DNA of 64,000 bases from Ascidiella aspersa (taxonomy: Eukaryota). The position numbers and the translations under genes were made by a program. The stretch is taken from assembly GCA_963924565.1 (NCBI GenBank), contig OZ004613.1, positions 6,696,001-6,760,000 on the forward strand. The letters are read 5' to 3'. Shown here in pieces: positions 12,166 to 24,124 of this stretch. Each line of letters opens with the position of its first letter. Within the stretch, counting starts at the first letter, position 1. The notes below the pieces were generated by a model. It searched no databases and was not told the DNA's origin. It was given only the letters and a program-made list of their open reading frames with translations.

Positions 12166-13585
12166 TGTTTAATAAATCGTAGTTTTAAAATCATTTTGGA
12201 ACAGATCGAAAACCCATTCAATACAATTGAAAAATATATAAATTCTTGTCCAAAGTTCCCATTGGTTCGGTATAATTTTTTTTTATATAAATTTTTATTG
12301 GTTAAATTTCAAAAGGACACCTTGGCATAAAAGTTTACAAACTATACAACATTGGGCTTTATTTTCTGAATGCAATTTCGTTAAAAACTTTCAATTAACA
12401 CAAAACGGTGTGCTATAGCCGAGAAAAGTCCTGGAATCTTTAGATAATTTTAAAAGGACCACAAGGCGGAAAAAGATGATGATAAACCTATGTAAAATGT
12501 CAGAAACGTAATACGTTTGTTGGTTCCTGGCTGTATTAGATATTCGAACTTTTTTTATTGTCATTTTATGTATTTAATGTATATGTATGTGTGACACTGA
12601 ACGGTTGTAATTTTTTTAGTGTGCTGAAAGTGAAAAAATAATAGTGTTTATCTTTCACCTGAATAAACTGCATTACATATTTTTGCTAATTTGCACTGCA
12701 CATTAAACGTGTAGCTTTTCAAATTATTAACTAACTGAACATTTTTTAATATTAATTATAAAATACGAAAACATATAAGCAGAACGAATAAATAAGCCCC
12801 AACAAAAGTATATATGGTAGCATTTTTAAACGCTTCGAATAGTTCTTGAGAACATTTTCTTTGTTCAACTGTGACTTAAAATTAGACAATTTTTTGGTTT
12901 GAGCAAATGATTTCAGCTAACTATAGTCCATAATGTCCATAACTGAGTACATTTTTGTCGTAATAAAACTTGCATCTTGCAGTATAGAAATGTCAACCTG
13001 TTACGCCCTGAAAAGAAATAATAGTTGCAAAAGTTACAGCAGTAGCAGTTGTAGCAGGGGTGCGATCAGGTATGCCTAAGTGTTGTTAATTTATGAAATC
13101 TAGGTAAAAGACGATTTTACTCGTGAAGTAGAATTTCTATCAGCTTGGGAAACACGATTAAAGTGTGCCTAGCATGAACATCACCGTTTTGCAATGATAA
13201 CTACCTCTCTAAACTCTCTGTTAAAGACAATATTTTAAACTTAAATCACTCGTCGATGACATTGAAGGGCATCAGCATGTTTTGCTCTGTGGTTTGGTTG
13301 TGGTTTTAAAACTACACAATGCAGGTTTGAGGGCAACAAAACTAGTTACTCTGTCAACGTTTTTTGGCAATAAGCTTTGAGATTTCAGCATTTGAACGGC
13401 AGGTTTAAAATGTGGCAAGTTATTTTGGACAATTAATTTATGTACGACCAACAAGGCTCTCAGCACACATGCTTGATAAAACGCGGTATTGCAAGTGCAG
13501 CAACATATTATATAGACTCTATTTAGAGGCACTGATTTCTATTGTCGTTTGTTGATGCAACACGTGTTTGTGCCTCAGATTTAGA

Positions 13586-14367
13586 ATGACACAAGTTGGA
13601 AGATTAAACGGTAAAGCGTGCGTTGTCACTGCGGAGCTGCAGGGGGCATCGGGGAAGGTATTTGCGAACGCTTTTTGGCCGAAAGTTGCAAAGTTTTGAT
13701 GGTGGATTTGAATGCTGAAACTCTCAAAGATGCCTACGAGAAGTTGAATGCCAAATATCAAGGCATAGTTGGGATGATTCAATGCGATGTAGCTGAAGAG
13801 CATTCTGTGTCAGAGGTTTTTCTATTGCACATCCTCAGTTTGGACAGAAATGCATGCAACGTTTTAATAAATAATGCCGGATGTCTAACTTTGTCTCCTA
13901 TTGTCGAAAGAACCAAAGTTTCATTTAAACAGGTTTTGGACACCAACCTGATTGGCGTCTTCAATTTTACAAAAGAGTTTCTTTTGCAACTTTATCTCAG
14001 TGAAAACAAGGATGCAACAGGGGCAAGTATCGTTAACCTTGCCAGCATAGCTGCACTGCAAGGATATGCAGATGCTTCGGCCTACGCTGCTTCTAAAGGT
14101 GGAGTGGTAGCCTTTACGAAGACGACATGCATTGAGGTGGGAAGGTTCGGTGTCAGGTGCAATGCAATAGCGCCGGGTCCAATTGATACTGCATTGCTAC
14201 ACAAGGCATGTGACAGTACAGTTCTTGATGCAATCAGGAAAATGATTCCGTTGCGTCGCATAAGAAAGCCAGTCGAAGTTGCCGATGCTTGTTTGTTTCT
14301 GGCAAGCGATGAAAGCTCTTACGTCAGTGGGGCGGTCTTACAAATATCTGGTGGTTATGCAGCGTGA
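13586..14367 (+). pseudogene. SDR probable pseudogene (SDR-5p), Asp40 type
   Basis: ATG at 13586 (MTQVGRLNGK); a 2-nt insertion at 13631-13632 shifts the frame in the TGxxxGxG motif. A -1 lesion (T-run 13817-13821) and a +4 lesion (tgca duplication 13851-13858) compensate each other; the remainder is open with YAASK. Confidence 0.85.
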
Positions 14368-14666
14368 AGACATTAACTGTATTGTTTGTTTATGGTTTTA
14401 CTAAAATAATGACTACTATATAATCTATTAAATAACCTTATTCGCAACTGTTGCTACTCACATTGTCCTTAGTAGGCTTCTATAACGGTGTATACTAAAA
14501 TAAAGCAAAACACGTGTGTGTTTATTTTTGGAAATTTATAACCGACAAAAAATGAATTAAGGGCAATTTCAATGTTGTTAAATAATACCAACAAAACAAC
14601 CATAAAAAAACTGATAGCAAAACTCAAAACAAGATGAACATTCTGAAATCTACCCTTACACTAGAC

Positions 14667-14971
14667 CAGTGGTTCTCAACCGGGATGCAGCGACAGCCTG
14701 GGGTGCATTATGTAATGCTCAAGGGTTTCGAGAGATATTTAAGGATCTTTCAAAATTTGATTTTTGCTCAACTTAACTTTTGGTGTAAGATTGGAGTGGA
14801 ATAAATCCTATTATAACTTCGTACCTTGGGTAGAGTTTATGTGTGTTGCTCCAGTTCCGTTTATGGTTTGTTATTTTAGTGAATTACCCACAGAAAAATC
14901 TTGTAGGGGTGCCGCAATTTATTTATTATTTCTGAGTTGTGCCGCTAGCCATAAAAGGCTAAGAAGCACTG
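14667..14971. mobile_element. hAT-type MITE
   Basis: TIR cagtggttctcaacc / ggctaagaagcactg; TSD cacTAgac / tacTAgac. Confidence 0.8.
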
Positions 14972-16084
14972 TACTAGACTATATTTCCTAATTAGTCTAT
15001 ATGGGATTATCGCGTAGCCTGGCCATCTAGAGGGGCATTAAGAGCACTCCTCGTTAAGTTAAGCGAGCTCGCTAACGACGCACGAGCTCGTTAAGTCGAC
15101 TTTTGGTATTTACGAACGCACTTCTCGTTAACCTAATGTCGCTAAATTCCTTGCAACTAACGAGCGGCCCAGACCACTCGGTAACGCATAATTTGTGTTC
15201 TGAAAACCTTACTTCTGTTAATTAAATTAAAAAAATATTTAATTAACGTTTATAATAATGCCGACACCTAATGGATGTCATATCAAAGATTCATGATTGA
15301 TTTGTGAATTTCTCAAGCCTAATGGCGTGAATATTAATTTAGGCGATCTCCTACCTACTTACTATGGACGCTGAATGTGAGGTGCTTACGGTGCCAAGAG
15401 CATCCCTAGCAAAAACTTGGGGTGCTCAGCATCTCAAAACAATAATAAATCATCCTGTAAAATCCTTTATATTTCTGTTGATGTTTACGACTTGAGGTGC
15501 TATTTCCATATATTCCTGCAGTAATTCGCAATTGTTTACCTCATCAAGAAAATACATTTTAACTCTTGTACCACTCTGCATGTAAACTTCTATTTTTAGT
15601 GAACAATTTTTGACGCCGTATTTTGCCCAAAATCTTGAACACCCCTGTCAAAAACATAAGTCGGCGTCTATTCTACATATAGTACACACTGATTTAAAAC
15701 CAACTTTAAACGTAATATTTTTTCAACCACCTAAAGGATTAACAAAAGCAGCAAATGTGTGCCATGACTCATTTTATTGGTGCTTTTGAGTCAGTTTATT
15801 AAACACATATAATCAGAACTAATAAACTAATGCAAAAAATAAACATTTTTGATAACAGAAAATAAATTTTCATCAATTGTTATATAGTTTATAAGTAAAT
15901 ATAAAACTCAATAGCTGTTGTATAGTTTGTATAAAAGCAATGAAAGCATTTTTATATAGGCAATACAAATCCATAACTAGGACATCGACGTTGTTGTTCA
16001 TGAAAGAAACATTCACATACGTGCACAACAAGTGTGATCCAGCTCTTCTGACTATTCTGACGTCCCTTTTGTACCAACTATAAC

Positions 16085-16152
16085 GGCTACGTATAGTTAT
16101 AGTACGGTCCCGGCTTGGCCGGAGGTCGTGAGTTCAAACCTCACTGCAGGCT
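16085..16152 (+). mobile_element. tRNA-derived relic (probable SINE head)
   Basis: Perfect T-arm gtgag-ttcaaac-ctcac (16128-16144) with B-box gttcaaacc and an A-box-like upstream motif; no full cloverleaf. Confidence 0.4.
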
Positions 16153-16369
16153 AGTTCATTCTCTAGCCTGCCTTGCTTGCGTCTCGACGGATTCGTTGAG
16201 TTTGTGATTGCCTCCGGTGTTTACGGACATGGTTTCACGGTATGACGTAAATGGTTTTAATTTCGCTTTTCAAAGGTCCAATATTGTGCAGCAAAGCATG
16301 TCTGATCAAGAAAGTTTCCTTTCGTTTCAAAACTGTAACTAAACAGTCCGATTTTATTGAATTAATTAG

Positions 16370-17472
16370 ATTATTTTAGCGTACTGAAGTCAATAATGTC
16401 CTTAACAGAGTATACAACTCGTCGCAATGGAACTTTAAAGATCAAAAGATTCACTGCAATTTCCAGTCAAAACTACAATGCGATGCAAGGGCAGTGGTGT
16501 GTTGACATGATAACTTTCTCGCAAACACGTTTACGTTTTGATGTAGTGCCGTTCACGACCACGTTTGACAAACATTATCCAAATGCATAATGAAGCCGCA
16601 CGAACTGATAAGTTTAAGTGCAGATGCAGAAAGCAACGCAGCATTCAGCAGATATTGAATTACAGCCTGAAATGCACTAACAAAAGTATAGAAGTTGCAA
16701 CAGTTACAACAATAACAGCTGCAGCAGTGGTGCGATCAGGTATAACTAAAGTTCTGTTAATTTATGAAATCTATAGTTAAAAGCCGATTTTACAGGAAAC
16801 ACGATTTCTGTTAAGGGCTTTTTCGGAACTTTGTTGCAAGAAGAGTCAAATATCACAGGAACAGTTAAGCCCGGGCATAAATATTGAAGGTTTAGTCTAG
16901 AAGTAAATGCGTTAAGGTGAGTTAAAATGAAATTCTATAAAAAACATTAACGTTGTGAACATTAGGTAAAATTCTGGAACATATTACCTGTTATTGGAAT
17001 ACTTAATCCGTAAAATAATCTATCTTTAAAACACTTATCAATAAAGCGTGCCTATAGCAGGAACATTACCGTTTTGCAATATAGACATCTCTTTAAACTC
17101 TCGGTTAAAAGACAATATTTTAAACTTAACTCATTCGTCCATGACATTCAAGGGCATCAGCAGGTTTTGCTCTATTGGCCGTGGTTTTGAAAGTACACAA
17201 GGCAGGCCTAAGGGCAACACAAGCAGTTGCACTGTAAAGGTTGTTTGGCAATGCGCTTTGGGATTTTAGGACTTTAAGGGCATGTTTAAAATGATGCAAG
17301 TTATTTCGGATAATTGATTAACTCATGATTAACAATGGTCTCAGCAGCTAGTGTTGCATGTGAAGCGCTACTAAAACTGCAGTAACAGATTATATAGACT
17401 AAATGGAAAGGAACATACTTCGATTTTTGTCATTCTTTTTATGCAGCACCTGTTTCTTGTTTTAGGCTGAAA
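16370..17472 (+). repeat. Segmental duplicate of the SDR-4 upstream region (~7250-8688) lacking the 7938 MITE; a third diverged copy lies at ~12910-13585
   Basis: Colinear blocks, e.g. gcagcagtggtgcgatcaggt and caccgttttgcaatatagacatctctttaaac. Confidence 0.85.
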
Positions 17473-17510
17473 ATGTCGCAAGTTGGCATCGGGGAAGCTA
17501 TTTGCGAACG
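17473..17510 (+). pseudogene. SDR 5' fragment (SDR-6f)
   Basis: [13 protein letters not shown] with a 45-nt internal deletion; homology ends at 17510. Confidence 0.85.
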
Positions 17511-18137
17511 TATATATTGTACTCATGTCACTTATAATCTTTTCTAAACGCCCAATTTTCATTGCATGTTATGATATGCAAACAGTAGGCCTATATGCGA
17601 AAAACACTACAGCTGGTCTGACTGGAAAGTTGCTTAAACTCGCACATTTGACGGTTAAATAACTATTTTAAAACGAAAATAAATGTGGCATGTTTAAAAG
17701 CACCTCTAGGCAACAAAGACAAAGGTAACATGCAAGGGCAGCGACATTTGAATGACACGATTCTAGAAACGTGCACGCCGTGCGATGTTTTGACCAAAAT
17801 AATCCTCGTTTTTTTGCTGCATAGCTTTGACTGCCGGCACGCAATGCACAGCTGTTTTAAACGGTCTTCATTCAAGTCTAGTCTCAAAAAGTTTGTTTAG
17901 AAAATGTGATCAGTCGAAACGAGTTTTAGCACTTTAAGTTGTCAACAGGAAGTGGAAACTTTATTATACACGATATGTTGTGAAATACATTCACTCGAGA
18001 CTGCGGTGAGGGACTGCAAGTATAAGCCAAAGTCCGAATAATGGCTAGTCAATAGTTTCGTCTATTCATCTTTTGGGGTAACTTTTGTGCTTCTGGCAAA
18101 CTTGTCGGCAATATGCTTCTGTTTTTTTAGACTTAGA

Positions 18138-18201
18138 ATAGCTTAAGTTGGTAGGCTAAATGGTAAACTGGCTATTGTCACTGGAGCCGCAGGGGGCATC
18201 G
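18138..18201 (+). pseudogene. SDR 5' fragment (SDR-7f)
   Basis: ATG>ATA and CAA>TAA, then [18 protein letters not shown]; truncated before a poly-T run. Confidence 0.85.
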
Positions 18202-19510
18202 CAAATTTTTTTTTTTTGCTGATTTGTTTTTAATTATGTTCGTATCTCACAGTAAACCGTCAAATTAAAATATCGGAATAAAATCGAAAATATCAGTCAT
18301 TCCTATTCTTAAATAATCGCAGTCGTAAATCGATTTGGCCAACAATTACAATCGTGGAAATTAGGTGGGAATTTCCAGTCCTTATGTGCTATTTTTCTTT
18401 CCTATGTAGCGTCAGTTGGTTTTGAATAAAACGGCCAAGTTGATAGTTTCGAGCCAGCCCCACTTAAACCTGTTTGTTTTCAATTTGCTCAAAAAATTGA
18501 ATGCGACAAGTCATTTGGATAAAAAATGAAAAATATCTAGTTGGCAAACGTTTTTCTAACATGAGCTATATTTTAATTAACAAACAACAAAAACGTTGCA
18601 TATAGAGAGTATAATGTTTTACAAGCAGAATTTGGTTAAAACTAATCAAGTTTATCAAAAAATGTTTTACATTTAAATTAATAAGTAAATAGAAATACTT
18701 AAGTCAAGTCAAGTCATTTAAAAACAACGAATTAAGTTCACTTTTATGATTTAAGTCATCACAACACTGCCATATACCAAGATTGAAAGAGCCAAAACGC
18801 ACAATTCAGAAAGAGCTTTGGTTAAGGTTAAATGATAACCCTGCGGTACATTGGCGTGTAGTTTTAAGTACAAGTAACAGCCAATAGCGAACGATGACAG
18901 TTGTGCATAGATTTCACTGATATATATGGCCTTTAAAAGTGTTTTTTGTATTTACACCCATATGCCAGTTAGCAAGATCTACATATTTGCTAACAGAAAT
19001 GCAACGAAAGCTTTTCACTATCTGAAAACAGTTGTTGTGCTACATAAAAACGTACTTGCAAACCGTCAAAGCGCATGGTTAGACTTCCTCCACAAATACC
19101 AAACAGCGGTGATGGTTGTTTTTCAGCTGCTTATTAATAGCTCGTGGCAGTTTCGTTGCACGGAAGTCATGCTTTGTATGCTAACGTAGTTGTTAGCGCT
19201 ACGAACTCGCATGACATTTAGTTGCAAACCGTTTAAGCCAATCGATTTTGGTTAGCTGCGGCAACTTAGCCTTTCGGGTGGGAATATCGGCAATACGATT
19301 TTGGATATCAGAATTTAAAGAACTGGTTTAGGTTTAAAATGTCGCAAGTTATTTTGTACAATTCATTTACTCATGGCCAACAAGGGTCTCATCACTTAAT
19401 GCTTGCCAGGTTGGGGTACTAACCAGCAGCAACATGTTGACTCAGTGGAAAGGCACCTCTTTGGATTGTCATTCTTTTTATGCAACATGTGCTTGTATTT
19501 CAGGTTGATA

Positions 19511-20284
19511 ATGGCGCAAGTTGGTAGGTTAAACGGTAAAGTGGCCATTGTTACTGGAGCCGCAGGGGGCATCGGGGAAGCTATTTGCGAACGCTTTCTG
19601 ACCGAAGGTGCCAAAGTCATGATGGTGGATTTGAATGCTAAAAGTCTTGATAATAAGTACGAGAAATTTGGTGCCAAATATAAAGGCAAAGTGACGAAGT
19701 ATCAATGCGATGTAACTAAAGAAAGTTCTGCCTCTGAGGCTTTTGAGAAATCCGTCTTTGAATTCGGTCAGAATTGCAACGTTCTAGTCAACTGCGCCGG
19801 CATTGCACCTATGTCTTCGATCGTCGAAACAACCCTGGCTTCATTCAATCAGGTATTGGACGTGAACCTAAATAGCGTCTTCATCTTTACAAGAGAATTC
19901 TTAAGGCGACTTGAGCTTTGTGAGAACAAGGATTCAACAGGAGCAAGTATCGTTAACATCTCCAGCATTTCGGCTAAATTGGGATTTTTAGATCACGCAA
20001 GCTACGCTGCCTCTAAAGCTGGAGTGGTGGCCTTTACAAAGACGACGTGCATTGAGGCGGGAAGGTTCGGTGTCAGGTGCAATGCACTCACACCCTCATG
20101 GATCGAAACTCCGCTTCTACAAGATGCTGACCCTGCGATGATTGAAGGATCCATTCCTTTCATTCCATTGGGTCGCATTGGAAAACCCGTCGAAGTTGCT
20201 AACGCTTGTTTGTTTCTGGCAAGCGATGAAAGCTCTTACATCAATGGGGCTATACTTCAAGTATCCGGTGGCGCGATGCCTTAA
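19511..20284 (+). CDS. HSD17B8-like: Classical SDR, HSD17B8/FabG-like (SDR-8), 257 aa, NAD-type (Asp40)
   Basis: Intact motifs; ttgtatttcag|gttgataATG at 19511. Confidence 0.92.
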   Translation: MAQVGRLNGKVAIVTGAAGGIGEAICERFLTEGAKVMMVDLNAKSLDNKYEKFGAKYKGKVTKYQCDVTKESSASEAFEKSVFEFGQNCNVLVNCAGIAPMSSIVETTLASFNQVLDVNLNSVFIFTREFLRRLELCENKDSTGASIVNISSISAKLGFLDHASYAASKAGVVAFTKTTCIEAGRFGVRCNALTPSWIETPLLQDADPAMIEGSIPFIPLGRIGKPVEVANACLFLASDESSYINGAILQVSGGAMP

Positions 20285-20286
20285 AG

Positions 20287-20754
20287 CAGGGATAGGGAAC
20301 CTATGGATCGCGAGCCATATATGGCTCTTCTGATGAATCTTGCTGGAAAATAAATCTATAATCTATCATTTATTATCATGATTGGAATATAACTGCATGC
20401 AGCCACGGTCGCTTTCCCAACTTATTTTGTTTCTTTTCAACACACATAGTAGTAAATTTTTCTGCGATTCGCGCAACTGCTAACCCGTTTAATCGAATCT
20501 CGTTATCTCCAAAAGGCCTTGCTCTGTCGACGGAACTCCATAATAAAAGTTGTGCAAACTTATAGCTAATTGATTTTTTTGTGCTTAGTATATGCTGCCT
20601 TTGAAATGTGAACAAAATAAAAGGCCCTTTGCAAATTACTATTCTTTCCAACATATAAATAGATGTTAAAAAAGTAGTATATTGCTCTCATGGAATAACA
20701 ACCAAGAATATTTGGCTTTTATGGCTCCCTCAGCTAAAAGGTTCCCGACTCCTG
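20287..20754. mobile_element. hAT-type MITE inserted 2 nt after the SDR-8 stop codon
   Basis: TIR cagggatagggaacct / aggttcccgactcctg; TSD cctTAaag / cctTAaaa contains the TAA stop. Confidence 0.85.
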
Positions 20755-21075
20755 CCTTAAAAGATAAACAAGAAAACCAGTCTTCGTTTATAAACTGCAA
20801 TGTTTCTCCTAAATTTTTTTAGTTGATATTAAAACATGCTTATCTAACTGTTTTGATCTTTGTTTTGTACGTATACACTTATTCCAAGCAACATTATTTT
20901 GTATATACTCGAAAACTAAATTCATATACTGCAACGAACTCTTTCGGTATTTGTTTATTTTGTGCTTTACTGAAATTCATATGTGCATGTCAGTCATAGC
21001 TTGCGATACCTTGGTAGGATAATGGTGAATTATACCAATCCAAGGTAGCATAACCCATTAAACCAGTCTATATAT

Positions 21076-21290
21076 AAACCCGTAACCCAAACTATAGCCC
21101 AAACCCGAACCAACCCCTAACCGAACCCCTAACACAAACCCAACCCCTAATCCAAACCAAGATAAAACCCCTAACCCAAACCCTAACCGAACCCCTAACA
21201 CAAACCCAACCCCTAATCCAAATCCAACCTCTAATCAAGCCCAAAACATAACCCCAAACCCAACCCCTAATCCTACCCCTAACCCAACCC
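21076..21290. repeat. Degenerate telomere-like (CCCTAA/AACCC) tract
   Basis: Runs of ccctaa/cccaaa hexamers; a 42-nt block is repeated at 21115 and 21181. Confidence 0.8.
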
Positions 21291-21825
21291 ATGATTCAAC
21301 AAAACTAACGTTTCGTGTAACAAAATTTTAAGTAACTTTTTGTTCCGAGAATTGTTCCCGGATGCTAATGTAGAAATGTAAGTCATTTCGTTATTTTGTT
21401 TATTGTTTAATGACATGTTGTTGTGTAAAGCAGCCAACAGTGGCTGGGTTTCTTGCTGAAACACACGCTACCAATACTTTATATATACTTAACACCATTC
21501 CCAATTAAAGATATATTTTCCAGTTAAAAATGACTAAGAATGAAACGTTTTGCAAAAAGCATATTGACACAAAAGTTTGAACAAAAATCGGGGAGGTTAA
21601 CAAAGACAAAAACGATTTGACCACAACAAAGCGCGAAAACACATAATTATAAACAAAAGATAACCATTGTAATGATACAAGCTCGCGACTGTTCATTTGA
21701 CTCAACGCAACGCCTACAGAGGTGGAAACCATCTCATTACAAACATGTTGAGATATAATAAATGTGGATTATTCGATATAATTGGTGATAACCATCTGTA
21801 AAAAAATATTTCACCGGGGAATATT

Positions 21826-22662
21826 TCATGCAAATAAACCACCAGATATTTGGAGTGTCGCTCCATTAACGTAAGAGCTTTCATCGCTTGCCAGGAACAA
21901 ACAAGCATTAGCAACTTCAATCGGCTTTCCAAGGCGCCTCATTGGAATCATCGCCTTTAACGTCTCAAACTTAGCAACTTCTACTTGCTTTCCAAAGCGC
22001 CCCATCGGTATCAATGGCCTGACGGCTTCAAGCTTCACCGGGTCAAAATTGTTTTGGATCAGAGTATCAATTACACCTGGCGTGACAGCATTGCACCTGA
22101 CACCGAACTTTCCTACTTCAATGCAAGTTGTCTTTGTGAAAGCATTCAAGCCGGCTTTAGAAGCAGCGTAGCTGGCATGATCTTCCACTCCGACCTGCCC
22201 AGCTAAACTGGACACATTCACGATACTTGCGCCTGTTGCATCCTTGTTCTTACCAAGCTCTAGTCGCCGAAGAAACTCCTTCGTGAAAGTGAAGACGCCG
22301 AATAGATTGGTGCTTAAGACCTCGTTGAAAGAAGCCAGGCTTGTTTGAACGATTGGAGACAAAGGCGCAACACCAGCGCAGTTTACCAAAACGTTGCAAT
22401 TTTGTCCGAACTGAGAAAGTGTCATTGAAAAAGACTCAGACGCGGATTTTTCCTCAGTTACATCACATTGAACCATGGCGACATTTTCCTTATATGTGAC
22501 ACTAAGCTTGTCGTAGACAGATTGCAGGTTTTCTAAATTCCGACCCACCATCATGACATTGGCACCTTCGGCCAGAAAGCGTTCGCAAATAGCTTCCCCG
22601 ATGCCCCCTGCGGCTCCAGTGACAATCGCCACTTTACCGTTTAACCTACCAACTTCCGACAT
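21826..22662 (-). CDS. HSD17B8-like: Classical SDR (SDR-9), 278 aa including a 21-aa paralog-derived insertion, NADP-type
   Basis: ATG (MSEVGR) at 22662; all motifs present; in-frame 63-nt insertion at 21910-21972. Confidence 0.85.
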   Translation of the reverse strand: MSEVGRLNGKVAIVTGAAGGIGEAICERFLAEGANVMMVGRNLENLQSVYDKLSVTYKENVAMVQCDVTEEKSASESFSMTLSQFGQNCNVLVNCAGVAPLSPIVQTSLASFNEVLSTNLFGVFTFTKEFLRRLELGKNKDATGASIVNVSSLAGQVGVEDHASYAASKAGLNAFTKTTCIEVGKFGVRCNAVTPGVIDTLIQNNFDPVKLEAVRPLIPMGRFGKQVEVAKFETLKAMIPMRRLGKPIEVANACLFLASDESSYVNGATLQISGGLFA

Positions 22663-24124
22663 TTTAGACCTGCTGGAACACAACGCGTAATGCTGAAAAT
22701 TCTCAAAAGTTGATCCCTCTGACTTATTCAATGCATTGACGAATTCACAGCTAAACTTACTGACCTACTTTCAAGTTAAAGTGCAACTACGTTAAAACAG
22801 TTCGCCTCGCTGTGGTAATAATTAACCACCTCCATCTCCTCTTTTCACTCACCAATTTAATTCTCTTTTTTTTCGCTTTTACGTCCACTCTTTTCCACAG
22901 CTCTCTCTACGAGAAAAATGGATAGTGCATATTTGGCCGAAGTCAGCAGCATTTGATGCCAGGGAGAGGTCATTTATCCCAAGAGCAAACTGGTTCACCA
23001 TACAACCTTTCTGGGGCTATTTAAACACCCACAAAGTGATTTGGTGGGATTAGGGAACAAAAAACAAAAACAATGCACATCACGTAAAATTAAATTTATT
23101 AGTACCAACACAAACAAGGATAAACCAAACCCTAACACAAATCAATGTTTCCACACTGGTTGATTTGTGCAGACCCGGTGGGCGGTGATACAGGTGTAGT
23201 GACATGTATAACTAGTTATAATATTTGCCGTGACATGAACAGAGTCGTGTGCCTTTTTCGATTACTCGTTTCACAGCATCAGATCTCTTTCTCTCCTTCC
23301 TCTCTCTCCTCTTACTCTCACTATCTCGCAATGTAATTTAGTGTTAGGCCTTTGACAGTCTGATCCCAGGGAGCGAAGAGTCGCCCGTTCTAATGCTAAT
23401 AAATTGGACTAATAAACTGATAGGAATCATATATACGGAGTCATAGGAATCCAACAATAGTCCAAATAAACATTAAAGACATCCTCAAACCGCTACACAG
23501 GCGAATAGTCAGATCATGGCCTGCTAGTTGAGTAGCCCTGGTGTATACACTCTTTAATTACCCTGGTGTATACACTTTTTAATTTACATTTGACTTGCTT
23601 TGTCAGAAAAAGTTTCTTAGGTCCTAGATTTTGAGTTAATATTCAAGTCACATGTCCATCGCTGCCACATTCTGTGAAAAAATACAAAAAATTAAGATTA
23701 ATAAGACGTTTAGTAGAAATATCAGAGGCCATACAGAAGTATGTATCATTTTGATTGACTGTAATATAAATAAAGAGTTGTTCCAAACGTTCAAAATGAT
23801 ATACTTCTGTATAAAAAAATATATTGACGTGAATCAAGGCGGAATTTAGGGTACTGGATCCATTGCGTCAAACAGGTTTATATTATTATTGCTGAAAATA
23901 TTGATAAGGTGAAACATAAATCTCCAAACAAATTAATTTATTAGGGAGAACTGTGAAACCAGCAGACAAGATGTGCGTTTCTAAAAAATGTGAATATATA
24001 TACAAATAGTACAAAAGGGTTTAACTTACAACACTTGAAATACGTTGTGAATTATTTGCACGAAGTTCATTGTGGAATAAAATATTTTCAAAGTGCCTTG
24101 CTGTATTTTTTGATTCATTTAGAA

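Noticed and set aside
15020-15670. ctcgttaa-rich stretch and a taggcg.../agtcggcgtcta-bounded segment as discrete elements
   Set aside because: Probably old transposon remnants, but termini and TSDs could not be defined.
16085-16152. Functional tRNA gene
   Set aside because: Only the T-arm is convincing; no acceptor, D or anticodon stems.
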